Source of the DNA: Minisyncoccia bacterium
Lineage (GTDB): Bacteria; Patescibacteriota; Minisyncoccia; 2-02-FULL-40-12; IGHO2-01-FULL-4-A
Length of the DNA: 49,297 bases
Assembly (NCBI GenBank): GCA_050015375.1
Contig: JBEKBN010000007.1
Span: 1-49,297, forward strand
Direction: 5' to 3'
Shown here: positions 34,532-42,888 of the stretch, piece by piece
Layout: the number at the start of each line of letters is the position of its first letter
How positions within the stretch are numbered: position 1 is the first letter of the stretch
Made by a program: the position numbers and the translations under genes
The notes under the pieces: generated by a model
Database searches by the model: none
Told to the model about the DNA's origin: nothing
The model's input: only the letters and a program-made list of their open reading frames with translations

Positions 34532-35806
34532 TCAATTGAGCGCGATTTCTTTCACAACTACCTCCATTTTCATCGAATGTGAGCCCTTGACCAGCACAAT
34601 ATCCCCTTCCTGTATGAGCTCCTTTACTTTCGAGGCGGCTTCTTCGGAGGTGCTGAAACTCATGATATTCTCCGGTTTCATCAGGATGCTGGCTGTTTCG
34701 GCGATGAATTTCCCCGCCGAGCCGACAGTCACGATGATATCCGCGTTTTTGGCGGCAATTTCGCCCGTTTGTTTGTGAGCTTCAATTTCATATTTGCCAA
34801 GTTCCTTCATATCGCCCAAAACCGCGATCTTCCTTCCCTTTCTGTCGTTCAGACCGATGACGCTATCCCCGAATTTCTTCAATGTTTCAAGCGCTGCCCG
34901 CATTGCCGCCGGCGAAGCATTGTAGCTATCATCAATGATAATTGAACTTTTTATCCCCTTTTTCAAAGTCATCCGGCCGGTTGGCATCTCAATATTTTCA
35001 AGCGAATCAGATATTTCAGCCAAAGACAAACCCAAATGCGTTCCCACGGCTGTCGCCGCCAGCACGCCATATATCTGATGAGGCGCGATCGTCCGGTTCA
35101 ATCGCATCGGACAATGGAATTCGCTCTTGTGAATATTGAATGACAAACCGCCGATATTTTTTCCGCTTTCATCAATAAAATATGAAACGTCAGAAGCCCA
35201 GATATCGGCTTTGTCGGAAAAACCGAACGAAACGATTTGGGCTCTGGTCGTGTGTTTCATCTCCATGACCGCCATATCGTCATTGTTCAACACGGCTAGG
35301 CCGTCAGAGGGCAAATTTCGCACCAGGAATGATTTCTCCAAAGCGACTTCCTTTGGTCCGGCATAAAACTCGACATGAACCGGAATCTCGCCGACAGCGG
35401 TGACAACGCCGATGGTTGGCCGGGCAATTTGGGTCAAATATTTTATGTCTCCGGGTCGGTCGGCGGCCAGTTCCAAAACTAGATATTTCGGATAACTTCC
35501 TCTCGGCCAGCCGAACGCCAGCCAAAAACGCGATAATATTTGTCCGACGAATTTAATTTTGTTGGCAATTGTATTTCCGTTTTTATAAAATGGTTCGATG
35601 TCGAGTATCGCCAACGGCACGCCGATTTCCTGATTGAAATTTTCCTTATTTCTCAAAACTTTCCATCTTTTGCTCAAAACGCCGAAAATCGCCTCTTTGG
35701 TTGTGCTTTTGCCCACCGAACCGGTAATACCAATGACGACCGGCTGATAACGGATGATCACTCGGCGGGCTAAAATTGCGAGAATTTTTTTTAGTATTTG
35801 TCTCAT
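34532..35806 (-). CDS. murF: UDP-N-acetylmuramoyl-tripeptide--D-alanyl-D-alanine ligase
   Basis: VIGITGSVGKSTTKE, DDSYNASP, and dcw-cluster position. Confidence 0.9.
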   Translation of the reverse strand: MRQILKKILAILARRVIIRYQPVVIGITGSVGKSTTKEAIFGVLSKRWKVLRNKENFNQEIGVPLAILDIEPFYKNGNTIANKIKFVGQILSRFWLAFGWPRGSYPKYLVLELAADRPGDIKYLTQIARPTIGVVTAVGEIPVHVEFYAGPKEVALEKSFLVRNLPSDGLAVLNNDDMAVMEMKHTTRAQIVSFGFSDKADIWASDVSYFIDESGKNIGGLSFNIHKSEFHCPMRLNRTIAPHQIYGVLAATAVGTHLGLSLAEISDSLENIEMPTGRMTLKKGIKSSIIIDDSYNASPAAMRAALETLKKFGDSVIGLNDRKGRKIAVLGDMKELGKYEIEAHKQTGEIAAKNADIIVTVGSAGKFIAETASILMKPENIMSFSTSEEAASKVKELIQEGDIVLVKGSHSMKMEVVVKEIALN

Positions 35807-35833
35807 ATTTTATACGAATGGGCTCTCTGTTTG

Positions 35834-35871
35834 AATTCGTATATTCGTAAAAATTCGTAACTTCGTAGTAA
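35834..35871 (+). repeat. 38-nt ATTCGTA-repeat block, copy 2
   Basis: aattcgtatattcgtaaaaattcgtaacttcgtagtaa abuts the ftsI stop. An inverted atacgaat at 35812-35819 pairs with 35835-35842. Confidence 0.85.
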
Positions 35872-37584
35872 CTATCTCGTCGGCGCCACGTTGAAATATC
35901 TTATCAAATATCTGGCCAATTCGCCAAAGACCGGCGATAAGCTATCTGAGGCGAAAGTGATGCCTTGGGGCCGGTCCATTTTTATCAAAACCGTGAATCT
36001 GGCGTTATACGACGGCGCGAAACCCAGGAAATTGTGGATGAAAACGTTTTGGCTCAAATAGCCGCCGTTGACCGGGTCGGGAATCTGGGCGGTTCCGGTC
36101 TTCCCGGCAATATCATACCCCTGAACCCGGGCTTTGTCGAAGCCGATATCAACCACGTCCGTCAGCATTGATTGCAATGTGTGGGCGGTTTCTTCGGTTA
36201 TCGGCGAGCCGATGATCTGGGGCGTTATTTCCTGCTTTGAACCGTCAGGGGCGATTATTTCTTTGACAATGTTCGGTTTCATCAGCCGGCCATTGTTGGC
36301 AATGGCCGAATAAGCGTTGATAAGTTGGATCGGCGTGACAGCGATGCCTTGGCCGAAAGATGCCGTGGCAAAATTGATCTTCCGGTTATTGTACAATTGG
36401 GAAATGTTGCCGCCGATTTCGCCGGATAGATCAATGCCGGTTTTTTGGCCAAAACCGAAAGCCACCACATCATTCAAGAAAGCGTCGTCGCCCATTTTGC
36501 CCTCGACAAAAACGGCGCCGGTATTGAGCGAAAGCTCCAGAACCTGGCGCATGGTTTTGACGCCGTGGGCTTTTTCGTCAAAATTCTTAATGACTCTGCC
36601 GTCAATATCATCTTCGCCGGTATCGGTGTAGGTCGTGTTCGGCGTGACCGCGCCGGTGTTGATGCCGCCTGACATGGTAACGGGTTTAAAGGACGAACCC
36701 GGTTCATACAAACTCTGGACCGCCGGATCGATAAAACGGTTTAGATCAAAATCGGAGTAATGATTCGGGTCGAAACTCGGCGACGAAACCATGCCCAGGA
36801 TATTTCCGGTTTTCGGGTCTTGGACGATGATGGTTCCCGAAGGCGATTTCCATTTTTTCAACGTCGCCGTTAGCGTGGCCTCGATCTTTTCCTGGATGTT
36901 TTTGTCAATGGTCAGAACGATATCGCTGCCGGCGGGATTGTTTTGTTTTTCGGCCTTCACGCCGCTTAAGACATCATCATAATACGCCTCGACGCCGTAT
37001 TGGCCGCTTCGGTTATTGCCTTGAAAGCCGACAAAACCGAGCTCTTGGCTGGCCAACGTTCCCAGCGGATAGTCGCGTTCAATTTGGGTTGTGATATAAA
37101 TGCCTTTGATTTTCAGATCATTGATCTGACCGGTGACGGCGTCGCTGATACCGTCGGCTAAAACCTGGTATGTTTTACCGGCTTCGGATAATTTTGCCGC
37201 CAAGACCGATCTGTCTATGCCGGTGATCTTGTCTAGTTTTCCAGCGACGTCATCCGCTGGATCGGTTAGATTCTCATTATTTGAGTAGAGAATATTGACC
37301 GTTTTGTTCTCGGCGGCGACGATTTGAGTATTATCGGAATAATTCGAGATGAGGATCTTGCCTCTTTTTGAAAGATCGGTTGTCGGCGCGTTTTGAACGC
37401 CGGCAGTCGTCAAAAAATCACTGCGCTTGAGAACCGTCAGGTCCAATAGGCGGTAAAAAACCAATCCAAAGACCAGAAAAACCAAAATCAAGAACATATT
37501 CGCCCGCCAATGGCCAAAACCAAGCGGTTTTTCAATTTTTTGGCTTGACGGTTTTTTGGAAATTGACTGGTGAGAATGGAACAT
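35872..37584 (-). CDS. ftsI: penicillin-binding protein 2/FtsI-type transpeptidase
   Basis: N-terminal TM helix, SSFKP, KTGTA, and dcw-cluster position. Confidence 0.9.
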   Translation of the reverse strand: MFHSHQSISKKPSSQKIEKPLGFGHWRANMFLILVFLVFGLVFYRLLDLTVLKRSDFLTTAGVQNAPTTDLSKRGKILISNYSDNTQIVAAENKTVNILYSNNENLTDPADDVAGKLDKITGIDRSVLAAKLSEAGKTYQVLADGISDAVTGQINDLKIKGIYITTQIERDYPLGTLASQELGFVGFQGNNRSGQYGVEAYYDDVLSGVKAEKQNNPAGSDIVLTIDKNIQEKIEATLTATLKKWKSPSGTIIVQDPKTGNILGMVSSPSFDPNHYSDFDLNRFIDPAVQSLYEPGSSFKPVTMSGGINTGAVTPNTTYTDTGEDDIDGRVIKNFDEKAHGVKTMRQVLELSLNTGAVFVEGKMGDDAFLNDVVAFGFGQKTGIDLSGEIGGNISQLYNNRKINFATASFGQGIAVTPIQLINAYSAIANNGRLMKPNIVKEIIAPDGSKQEITPQIIGSPITEETAHTLQSMLTDVVDIGFDKARVQGYDIAGKTGTAQIPDPVNGGYLSQNVFIHNFLGFAPSYNARFTVLIKMDRPQGITFASDSLSPVFGELARYLIRYFNVAPTR

Positions 37585-37591
37585 CAGTTTA

Positions 37592-37622
37592 GCTGGCCGT
37601 CTCGCGAAGCGAGACGGCCAGC
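37592..37622. repeat. perfect 14-bp GC-rich palindrome 7 nt upstream of the ftsI ATG
   Basis: gctggccgtctcgc-gaa-gcgagacggccagc. The apex is GCGAAGC. Confidence 0.9.
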
Positions 37623-37682
37623 ACGATTATCAATCAATGATATCAAAAAATGGCCGCGTTTGGCCAATTTTTGTTGAGTTTC

Positions 37683-38066
37683 CTACTGGTTTGGATTTGC
37701 GGTCATTGCTACGCCGACATTTTGATAATATGACGCGGTATCGGTGGCTTCGATCATGCCTTCGCTTTTGGCGAATGCGGTCAAAGAATCCAAGCTGTAA
37801 CTATCGTTGATCTCGGCGGAATCTTTTTCCAGCGTCGAGTTGGCTTTATCAAATCTTTCTTCAAGTGTTTTGGCCGAATATTTATCGGAAACGATTTGGT
37901 TTGCCATGAAAACATAGCCAAAAATGCCGGCCATGATCAGCCCAATGATGGAAATATTCAAATAAAATATCCCCCCGTTCGCTTTTTTTGTTTTTATTCG
38001 GTTCTCGTTGATCCTTGAAACCTTGGAAATAACGGTCAATTGAACGAGTCGGGCGTTCCTTCCCAA
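37683..38066 (-). CDS. FtsL-like bitopic membrane protein
   Basis: Single TM helix (FYLNISIIGLIMAGIFGYVF) and position between rsmH and ftsI. TTG start 4 nt after the rsmH stop. Confidence 0.5.
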   Translation of the reverse strand: MGRNARLVQLTVISKVSRINENRIKTKKANGGIFYLNISIIGLIMAGIFGYVFMANQIVSDKYSAKTLEERFDKANSTLEKDSAEINDSYSLDSLTAFAKSEGMIEATDTASYYQNVGVAMTANPNQ

Positions 38067-38070
38067 CAGG

Positions 38071-38961
38071 TTAATTCTTTATTACAACCCTCAATTTCGC
38101 GCTTCTTGAATTCGGATTTTGCTTTTTTTCTTCAAGACCGGCAACAACCGGTTTTTTCACGAGCAATGCTACTTCTCCTTTTTTCGCCGCTTCCCGGAAA
38201 ATATTTTTAACGATTCTATCCTCCAGCGAATGAAACGATATCACCGCCACTCTGCCGCCGATCCGAACCGTTTCGATCGCTTTTTTTATGCCGTTCTCGA
38301 CATTTTCCAGCTCGTGATTGACCACGATCCTCAATGCCTGGAAAGTTCTGGTCGCGAAATGAATGTGTCCGGTTCTATATCTGAACGGCACGCCTCTTTT
38401 TATCGCCTCTACCAGTTGAAATGTCGTCTTTATCGGCCGCTGTCTTCTCTCGGCTATGATCTCTCTGGCGATTCCCCGCGAATATCTTTCCTCGCCGTAT
38501 TTGTAGATCAAGTTCGCAATATCTTCTTCGTTATAATTATTTAAAATATCTGCCGCCGTCTCACCTTCTTCATTGTTAAATCTCATGTCGAGAGCTTCGT
38601 CTTTTGAAAATGTGAATCCCCTTTCGCTGTCGGTCAATTGCCATGTGGACATGCCCAGATCGAATAAAATTCCGTCTGTGCTCGTAAAACCGTGACTATT
38701 GGCAATTTTCTCAATATTCACATAGTTATCATTAACCGCGATCAATCTATCTCCAAATTCATGATTCGTGATTCTTGATTCAAGATTCTTGTAAATTTCC
38801 GGGTCCCACTCGATTCCGAGCAACCCGCCGCCCGGCTTTATTTTTTCTAATATCGCCAACGCGTGTCCGCCGCCGTTGATGGTCGCGTCAATAAACTTCT
38901 GTCCGGGCTTAGGATCAAGATATTCAATAACTTCGTTTAAAAGAACCGGCGTATGGATCAT
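38071..38961 (-). CDS. rsmH: 16S rRNA (cytosine1402-N4)-methyltransferase
   Basis: HTPVLLNEVIEYL..DATINGGGHA, SFHSLEDRIVK. Confidence 0.93.
   Translation of the reverse strand: MIHTPVLLNEVIEYLDPKPGQKFIDATINGGGHALAILEKIKPGGGLLGIEWDPEIYKNLESRITNHEFGDRLIAVNDNYVNIEKIANSHGFTSTDGILFDLGMSTWQLTDSERGFTFSKDEALDMRFNNEEGETAADILNNYNEEDIANLIYKYGEERYSRGIAREIIAERRQRPIKTTFQLVEAIKRGVPFRYRTGHIHFATRTFQALRIVVNHELENVENGIKKAIETVRIGGRVAVISFHSLEDRIVKNIFREAAKKGEVALLVKKPVVAGLEEKKQNPNSRSAKLRVVIKN
38756..38790 (+). repeat. GATTCNN heptamer tract (5 units) inside rsmH
   Basis: aattcat gattcgt gattctt gattcaa gattctt, read on the coding strand as NLESRITNHEF. Confidence 0.8.
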
Positions 38962-39392
38962 ATTATTCCCAATTCTCCCAATTTCTCCGCAATTCTGTCT
39001 CCATTTTTCTCAAGATTTGCTTTATAAGCCGCCCATTTTTCTTCATCCCAGATCTCTAATCGGCTATTCAAACCGGCCACTATCACCGATTTCTTTAAAC
39101 CGGCAAAATCTCTCAAATAATCCGGCACCAGCACCCGGCCAAGCTGATCCATCTCGACTTCCGAGGCGCCGGCCAACAATAATCTCACAAATCCTCTTGT
39201 GTCTTGCTGGCCCAACGGCAATTTGCCCAGTTTTTCAGCCAGAATTTCCCACTCTTTCATTGGAAACAGAAAAAGGCAGCTATCTAACCCTCTGGTCAGA
39301 ACCGCCTTCTCGCCGATCTCCTTCCTGAACCTCGCCGGAACCGATAAGCGTTTCTTTGAATCAATCGTATGATGATGCTCGCCAAGTAACAT
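38958..39392 (-). CDS. mraZ: transcriptional regulator MraZ
   Basis: MLLGEHHHTIDSKKRLSVPARFR and a second SpoVT/AbrB-like repeat. Its stop overlaps the rsmH start. Confidence 0.93.
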   Translation of the reverse strand: MLLGEHHHTIDSKKRLSVPARFRKEIGEKAVLTRGLDSCLFLFPMKEWEILAEKLGKLPLGQQDTRGFVRLLLAGASEVEMDQLGRVLVPDYLRDFAGLKKSVIVAGLNSRLEIWDEEKWAAYKANLEKNGDRIAEKLGELGII

Positions 39393-39517
39393 GCGAAATT
39401 GTCCAAGAGCGAAGCGATTGGGTAACAATTTCAGCACCCAGCACATAACGAGTTATGTGCTGGGTAAGAATTTGTTTCCGTGCTCGTTTCGCTACGCTCA
39501 ACTGCGCTCGGACAAAT
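39393..39517 (-). repeat. type-C rod-like cassette, copy C2, abutting the mraZ ATG
   Basis: In gene sense: ATTTGTCCGAGCGCAGTTGAGCG..CACGGAAACAAATTC..ACCCAGCACATAACTCGTTATGTGCTGGGT..TGGACAATTTCGC-ATG. Confidence 0.75.
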
Positions 39518-39680
39518 GTCTTAGTAACTGATAGCTAACAGCCAGTAGTCCCGATGGCTTTCGCCATCGCAGATCCGCGATTTCGTTTTTGCGAAATCGG
39601 GAGATTTAATGGCAAAGAACAATTTTTTTGAAAAATCGCTACTCGCTGTTAACTATCAATTACCCGGCAATTTTTATTAG

Positions 39681-39769
39681 TTATCCACTTTTCAGAGGAC
39701 TTATCCACATTTCTATCCACTTCCTCCCACTTTGTATTTCCATTCTACCACCCGCATTCCACTCTGCAA
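39681..39769 (-). promoter_or_regulatory. candidate mraZ promoter with phased GTGG(G/A) boxes (MraZ operator and/or DnaA-box-like sites)
   Basis: Minus strand: TTGCAG (39764-39769), 16 nt, TAGAAT (39742-39747), then AAAGTGGGAGGAAGTGGATAGAAATGTGGATAAG...AAAAGTGGATAAC. On the + strand the boxes read TTATCCACT (39681), TTATCCACA (39701) and CTATCCACT (39713). Confidence 0.55.
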
Positions 39770-39777
39770 GTGGATAA

Positions 39778-39845
39778 CCCCGTAGTGAAACTTCCGCCAT
39801 TTGGGTTCGTGCGGCAAGGCCGCAAGCGGAAGTTCTACTGCGGGG
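39778..39845 (+). repeat. type-D hairpin (CCCCGTAG...CTGCGGGG)
   Basis: ccccgtagtgaaacttccgc / gcggaagttctactgcgggg, 20 bp with two G-U pairs on the + strand. Flanked on both sides by GTGGATAAC (39770-39778, 39845-39853). Confidence 0.7.
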
Positions 39846-39932
39846 TGGATAACCCCGTTGTCTGATTTGCATTTATTTGACACTGGTGATACAACACAAC
39901 TAGCTCCAAACCGGTTCCGAAAAGGAGGAACT

Positions 39933-40361
39933 ATGCGAAAAATAGAGTTGTTTTTGCTCTTTGTTATTTTTATGATTTTTCCGGTTTTAGGCCAAGACAA
40001 TGCAATTCAATCCCCGATAACGATCAAATCCGGCGATTTTTCGATCGCTTTTAAGATTTCAGATGAAGCCCGGGCTAACCAGCGTTTTATGGACTTGTTC
40101 AATTCGGTGGCAGACGCCCTTAAAGTTCAGGTGGAGAATAAGGGGCTCATGTTGACTTGCAACATTGTGCTTAGCGCGAGTTCCAAAACACCGTCGGGAA
40201 AACAGTTGAATGGCTTGATGTTTACTATCGTTACCGATGGGCCAACTCCGAAAAGCACCTATTTTCCGGCAAAGGATCCGCAACAGACCCCAAAGGACTA
40301 CCAGGATATTTTTTCGGCATTCCTCGACAATCTTGTTGGTCAGATCAAAAGCGCCAAGTAG
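39933..40361 (+). CDS. secreted hypothetical protein (142 aa)
   Basis: AAAGGAGG SD. Signal peptide MRKIELFLLFVIFMIFPVLGQ. Strong terminator downstream. Confidence 0.6.
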   Translation: MRKIELFLLFVIFMIFPVLGQDNAIQSPITIKSGDFSIAFKISDEARANQRFMDLFNSVADALKVQVENKGLMLTCNIVLSASSKTPSGKQLNGLMFTIVTDGPTPKSTYFPAKDPQQTPKDYQDIFSAFLDNLVGQIKSAK

Positions 40362-40371
40362 TCAAAAACGC

Positions 40372-40397
40372 AACACCGCCCGAAAGCGGTGTTTTTT
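40372..40397 (+). terminator. rho-independent terminator
   Basis: aacaccgc-ccgaaa-gcggtgtt followed by T6. Confidence 0.8.
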
Positions 40398-40430
40398 AAT
40401 TTCCATTTATTAATCATGGGAAATTATTAT

Positions 40431-40465
40431 AAAAAGTGGGGTTGCAGAATTTTATCTGCAACCCC
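40431..40465 (-). terminator. rho-independent terminator of 40481..40798
   Basis: Minus strand: ggggttgcaga-taaaat-tctgcaacccc followed by acTTTTT. Confidence 0.65.
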
Positions 40466-40480
40466 GTTATTCATTTCCGT

Positions 40481-40798
40481 TTAATCTCCCGGAATACTCA
40501 CACCTTCACCCAAAAAAACTTCAATAATACTGTACACGCGGTGATGTCCACAGCACGAACAAAGCGCAACCTGGGAGTATAAAATGTTCATCCTAGTCCT
40601 GCCGCACTTTTTACACTTCTGCTCCTGGACTGCTTCGGAACGTATCATTCGCTTTCCGCAGCAATAGTAGCCGTAAAGCTTCCTGCCAAAGATCCCGGGA
40701 TTGGGTCTATATTGCGTTTTCCCAATGTTTTCCCAATCCGGGTCATGACCCAGACACATGCCATGCGAACACCGGTAACTCGAATTACTATCAGCCAT
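40481..40798 (-). CDS. Cys-rich (zinc-ribbon-like) hypothetical protein
   Basis: CKKCGR...CSCCGHH and further Cys/His pairs. 105 aa. Confidence 0.5.
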   Translation of the reverse strand: MADSNSSYRCSHGMCLGHDPDWENIGKTQYRPNPGIFGRKLYGYYCCGKRMIRSEAVQEQKCKKCGRTRMNILYSQVALCSCCGHHRVYSIIEVFLGEGVSIPGD

Positions 40799-41097
40799 GA
40801 CAATCTTCCTTTCTGGCCGCCTATTACAAAGGTACCATTCACATTATTGTATATTATTCGACAATAGTCAATAGCCAAGCCTTATATGCATTTTGAGTGC
40901 AGTATTCTAAAGATAGTCCGAACCACTTTCTCCGCCACAGGCGGCGAGGAAGTCCCTCCGCGAAATTCGGAAAGGCGGCGGAGCCGCACGGCTGACAATT
41001 TCAAGTTTTTCTTTGGCGGAGTTCGGATTACAGGAATTCTAACAAATTTCAGCTTTGGCGGCAAATTCTTTTATGAAAACTTACTATCACAATTTAT

Positions 41098-41135
41098 TAA
41101 AAAGAAAGAGGGCACCGCTTTCGCAAATGCCCTCT
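41098..41135 (-). terminator. rho-independent terminator of the lipoprotein gene
   Basis: Minus strand: agagggca...tgccctct followed by TTCTTTTT. Confidence 0.6.
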
Positions 41136-41159
41136 CATATGATGTGGTTGGCCGAGGGA

Positions 41160-41678
41160 CTACTGCCGCGGAAGGTACACCTCTTTTTCGAGATCCTTCC
41201 GCGAAATCCTGACCACCGCTTGCCTGAACGAAACGGCACTGGTGCCTCGCCACGAATGGACACTGGCTCGAACCGATTCGTCTAGCCACCAGTTCAGATT
41301 GGACTTTTCCGACTCGGTGTACGGAGTGTTCTTTTCGTTGAGCCAATCCGTATCGAAGACAAATTCAATGGTCGGAACAGTCTTGGATTCGTCGACGATG
41401 AAGCGAAACATGCTGTAGGACAAGGTCGTGGAGACGAACTCCTCCGCGGTCCTTCCCCAATAGAACTGAAGTCTCCGTTCCGAGGTCAGATTCCCCGACA
41501 CCGAGCCGATGCCGAGAAAGAAACTGCCACTCATGCTTCCGCTGATTCCGCTCGTCTGTTCAATCCTGCGAAGGTCGTGTTGGCCAAGAAGACCCATCTG
41601 TTGAAGTTGATCTCCCCTCGGTTGGCCACAACCAGTGAGAAGACCTGCCAGTGCGATAAGGCAAAACAGTTGTTTCAT
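41160..41678 (-). CDS. putative lipoprotein
   Basis: MKQLFCLIALAGLLTGC lipobox. Confidence 0.6.
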   Translation of the reverse strand: MKQLFCLIALAGLLTGCGQPRGDQLQQMGLLGQHDLRRIEQTSGISGSMSGSFFLGIGSVSGNLTSERRLQFYWGRTAEEFVSTTLSYSMFRFIVDESKTVPTIEFVFDTDWLNEKNTPYTESEKSNLNWWLDESVRASVHSWRGTSAVSFRQAVVRISRKDLEKEVYLPRQ

Positions 41679-41945
41679 TGCTCGTTTCTCCTTTCAAGGT
41701 ACTGTTTGACTGCATCAAGCCAACATGACTTGATTTCCTGCTATCCTATCATAATAGGAGTTCGGTGTCAAGAGCAACAAAAAATCACCATCTCTGGTAT
41801 TTCTTATTTCTTAACTCTTTGGATTAAAAATTTTTCTTCCCCCAAAATGCGGAATCGGGAATTCGTTTTTACCCCCAAAATTGAATACAAATTAGTCGCC
41901 GAGCGAAGCGAGGCGAACCTTTCAAACTTGCGAATTCCTACAAGG

Positions 41946-42017
41946 TGCGCCTTGTAGGGATTGAACCTACGGCCTCTTCGATGTGAACGAAGCGCTCTGC
42001 CACTGAGCTAAAGGCGC
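41946..42017 (-). tRNA. tRNA-Val (anticodon CAC)
   Basis: GCGCCTT-TA-GCTCAGTGGCAGAGC-G-CTTCG-TTCACAT-CGAAG-AGGCC-GTAGGTTCAATCCCTAC-AAGGCGC-A. Confidence 0.85.
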
Positions 42018-42077
42018 CATAATATTAATATAAATCAAATAAGCTCAAATTACGAGTCTAATAGCCAAAATCGGCTT

Positions 42078-42270
42078 GAAAGTGAGCTTGTGAATCTCTG
42101 CGAACCGGGTTGTTTTCAGGGGCCGTTGTCGGTGCCGTTGGCATGGTTCGATTATTGTAATCAATTAATCGACAACGGCAACCGACAACCGGATGACGGA
42201 AATCTCGCTGGGATTTCCTAAGTCCCCGGAAAGCAATCCGGTGAGCCTGGTCCGGGATTCACAAGCGAGC
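42078..42270 (+). repeat. type-A structured repeat
   Basis: Arms gcttgtgaatc (42086-42096)/gattcacaagc (42256-42266). Helix ccgttgtcggtgccgttg/caacggcaaccgacaaccgg. GCATGG at 42141-42146 and TCGCTGGG at 42205-42212. Ends 2 nt from the stop of 42273..42746. Confidence 0.8.
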
Positions 42271-42272
42271 AA

Positions 42273-42746
42273 TTAGAGTCCGAGTTTGTTTATCAGCTTC
42301 TCATGCGGGCCCTCGAACAGCACGCGGATGAACCGGTCAAACATGGCGAAGCGATATTGGAACTCGTCTTTTTCCATGATCGAAAATTTTATTTCCTTCC
42401 CCACTTCCGCTTCCAGCGATTTCAAAAACGGCCTTAATTTTCGGTTTTCAATGTCATCGCCGACAATGAGTAGGTCCACCACCGTCGGGTCGGGGTTCTC
42501 TTTGTTGATGAAGATCCCGGCTACGATCGCCAATTTAATTCTCCCCAGTTTATTTATTCTCTCGATCATATTGTTTTTCTCCGCCGGTGATGATTTCAAT
42601 AACAGATCGCGAAGTTCGTAAAGAAATTCAAAAGAATTGTTGATAACGTATTTCGCTCCCCGAGACGCGTGACTGTTGGCTAAAACTGCCGGAATTTTTC
42701 TTCGGCGGCGGCTAGGATGTTTAACTTTTCTATTTTTCTTTTTCAT
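42273..42746 (-). CDS. distal part of a split wHTH regulator (wing + C-terminal domain)
   Basis: A Lys/Arg-rich start, then AKYVINNSFEFLYELRDLLLKS and a C-terminal alpha/beta region. The ATG sits directly after cassette C3. Confidence 0.6.
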   Translation of the reverse strand: MKKKNRKVKHPSRRRRKIPAVLANSHASRGAKYVINNSFEFLYELRDLLLKSSPAEKNNMIERINKLGRIKLAIVAGIFINKENPDPTVVDLLIVGDDIENRKLRPFLKSLEAEVGKEIKFSIMEKDEFQYRFAMFDRFIRVLFEGPHEKLINKLGL

Positions 42747-42886
42747 AGAATTGTCCGCGAGCTAGACGAAGTCGCAGCGAGCGGGAAACAATTCATGACC
42801 CGCCTAAATATGCGAAGCATAATTTTTGGCGGGTAAATAACTGTTTCCGTGCTCGGCTCACTTCGTTTGCCTGCGCTCGGACATTT
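42747..42886 (-). repeat. type-C rod-like cassette, copy C3, separating two halves of one regulator gene
   Basis: In gene sense: TAA-AT-AAATGTCCGAGCGCAGGC..CACGGAAACAGTT..ACCCGCC..GGCGGGT..GAATTGTTTCCCGCTCGCTGCG..CTAGCTCGCGGACAATTCT-ATG. Confidence 0.8.
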
Positions 42887-42888
42887 AT

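Noticed and set aside
34193-34778. ORFs 34193-34501(-) and 34305-34778(+).
   Set aside because: They overlap a tRNA fragment, a type-A repeat and the murF 3' end, so they are not credible coding regions.
39681-39853. Cluster of five TTATCCAC-type boxes considered as the chromosomal replication origin (oriC).
   Set aside because: No dnaA or dnaN is nearby, there is no obvious AT-rich unwinding element, and gene orientation does not switch here. Three boxes are direct repeats phased about 10 nt apart immediately downstream of a good promoter facing mraZ, which fits an MraZ operator better. The question stays open in the findings because I cannot compute GC skew for the whole contig.
39681-40000. 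ORFs 39681-39872(-), 39713-40000(-), and the long form of 39801-40361(+).
   Set aside because: They cover the box, promoter and hairpin region. The + gene has a clear SD plus ATG plus signal peptide at 39933.
40940-40960. GCGAGGAAGTCCCTCCG resembles the RNase P RNA P4 motif GAGGAAAGUCCGG; an SRP or tmRNA identity was also considered.
   Set aside because: The other universally conserved RNase P blocks (GGGUGAAA, GGUAAG, ACAGAA..GGCUUA) are absent. The gap is too short (about 220 nt). No tRNA-like end or tag ORF for tmRNA and no SRP domain IV motif were found.
42747-42886. Considered a group I/II intron, intein or known ribozyme as the explanation for the type-C cassette that splits the regulator gene.
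   Set aside because: At 140 nt it is far too small for group I/II introns. It has no domain V-like or P7/P3 cores that I can recognise, and no hammerhead (CUGAUGA...GAAA) or twister signatures. The stop and restart are in different frames, so it is not an intein. It is left as an unexplained element.
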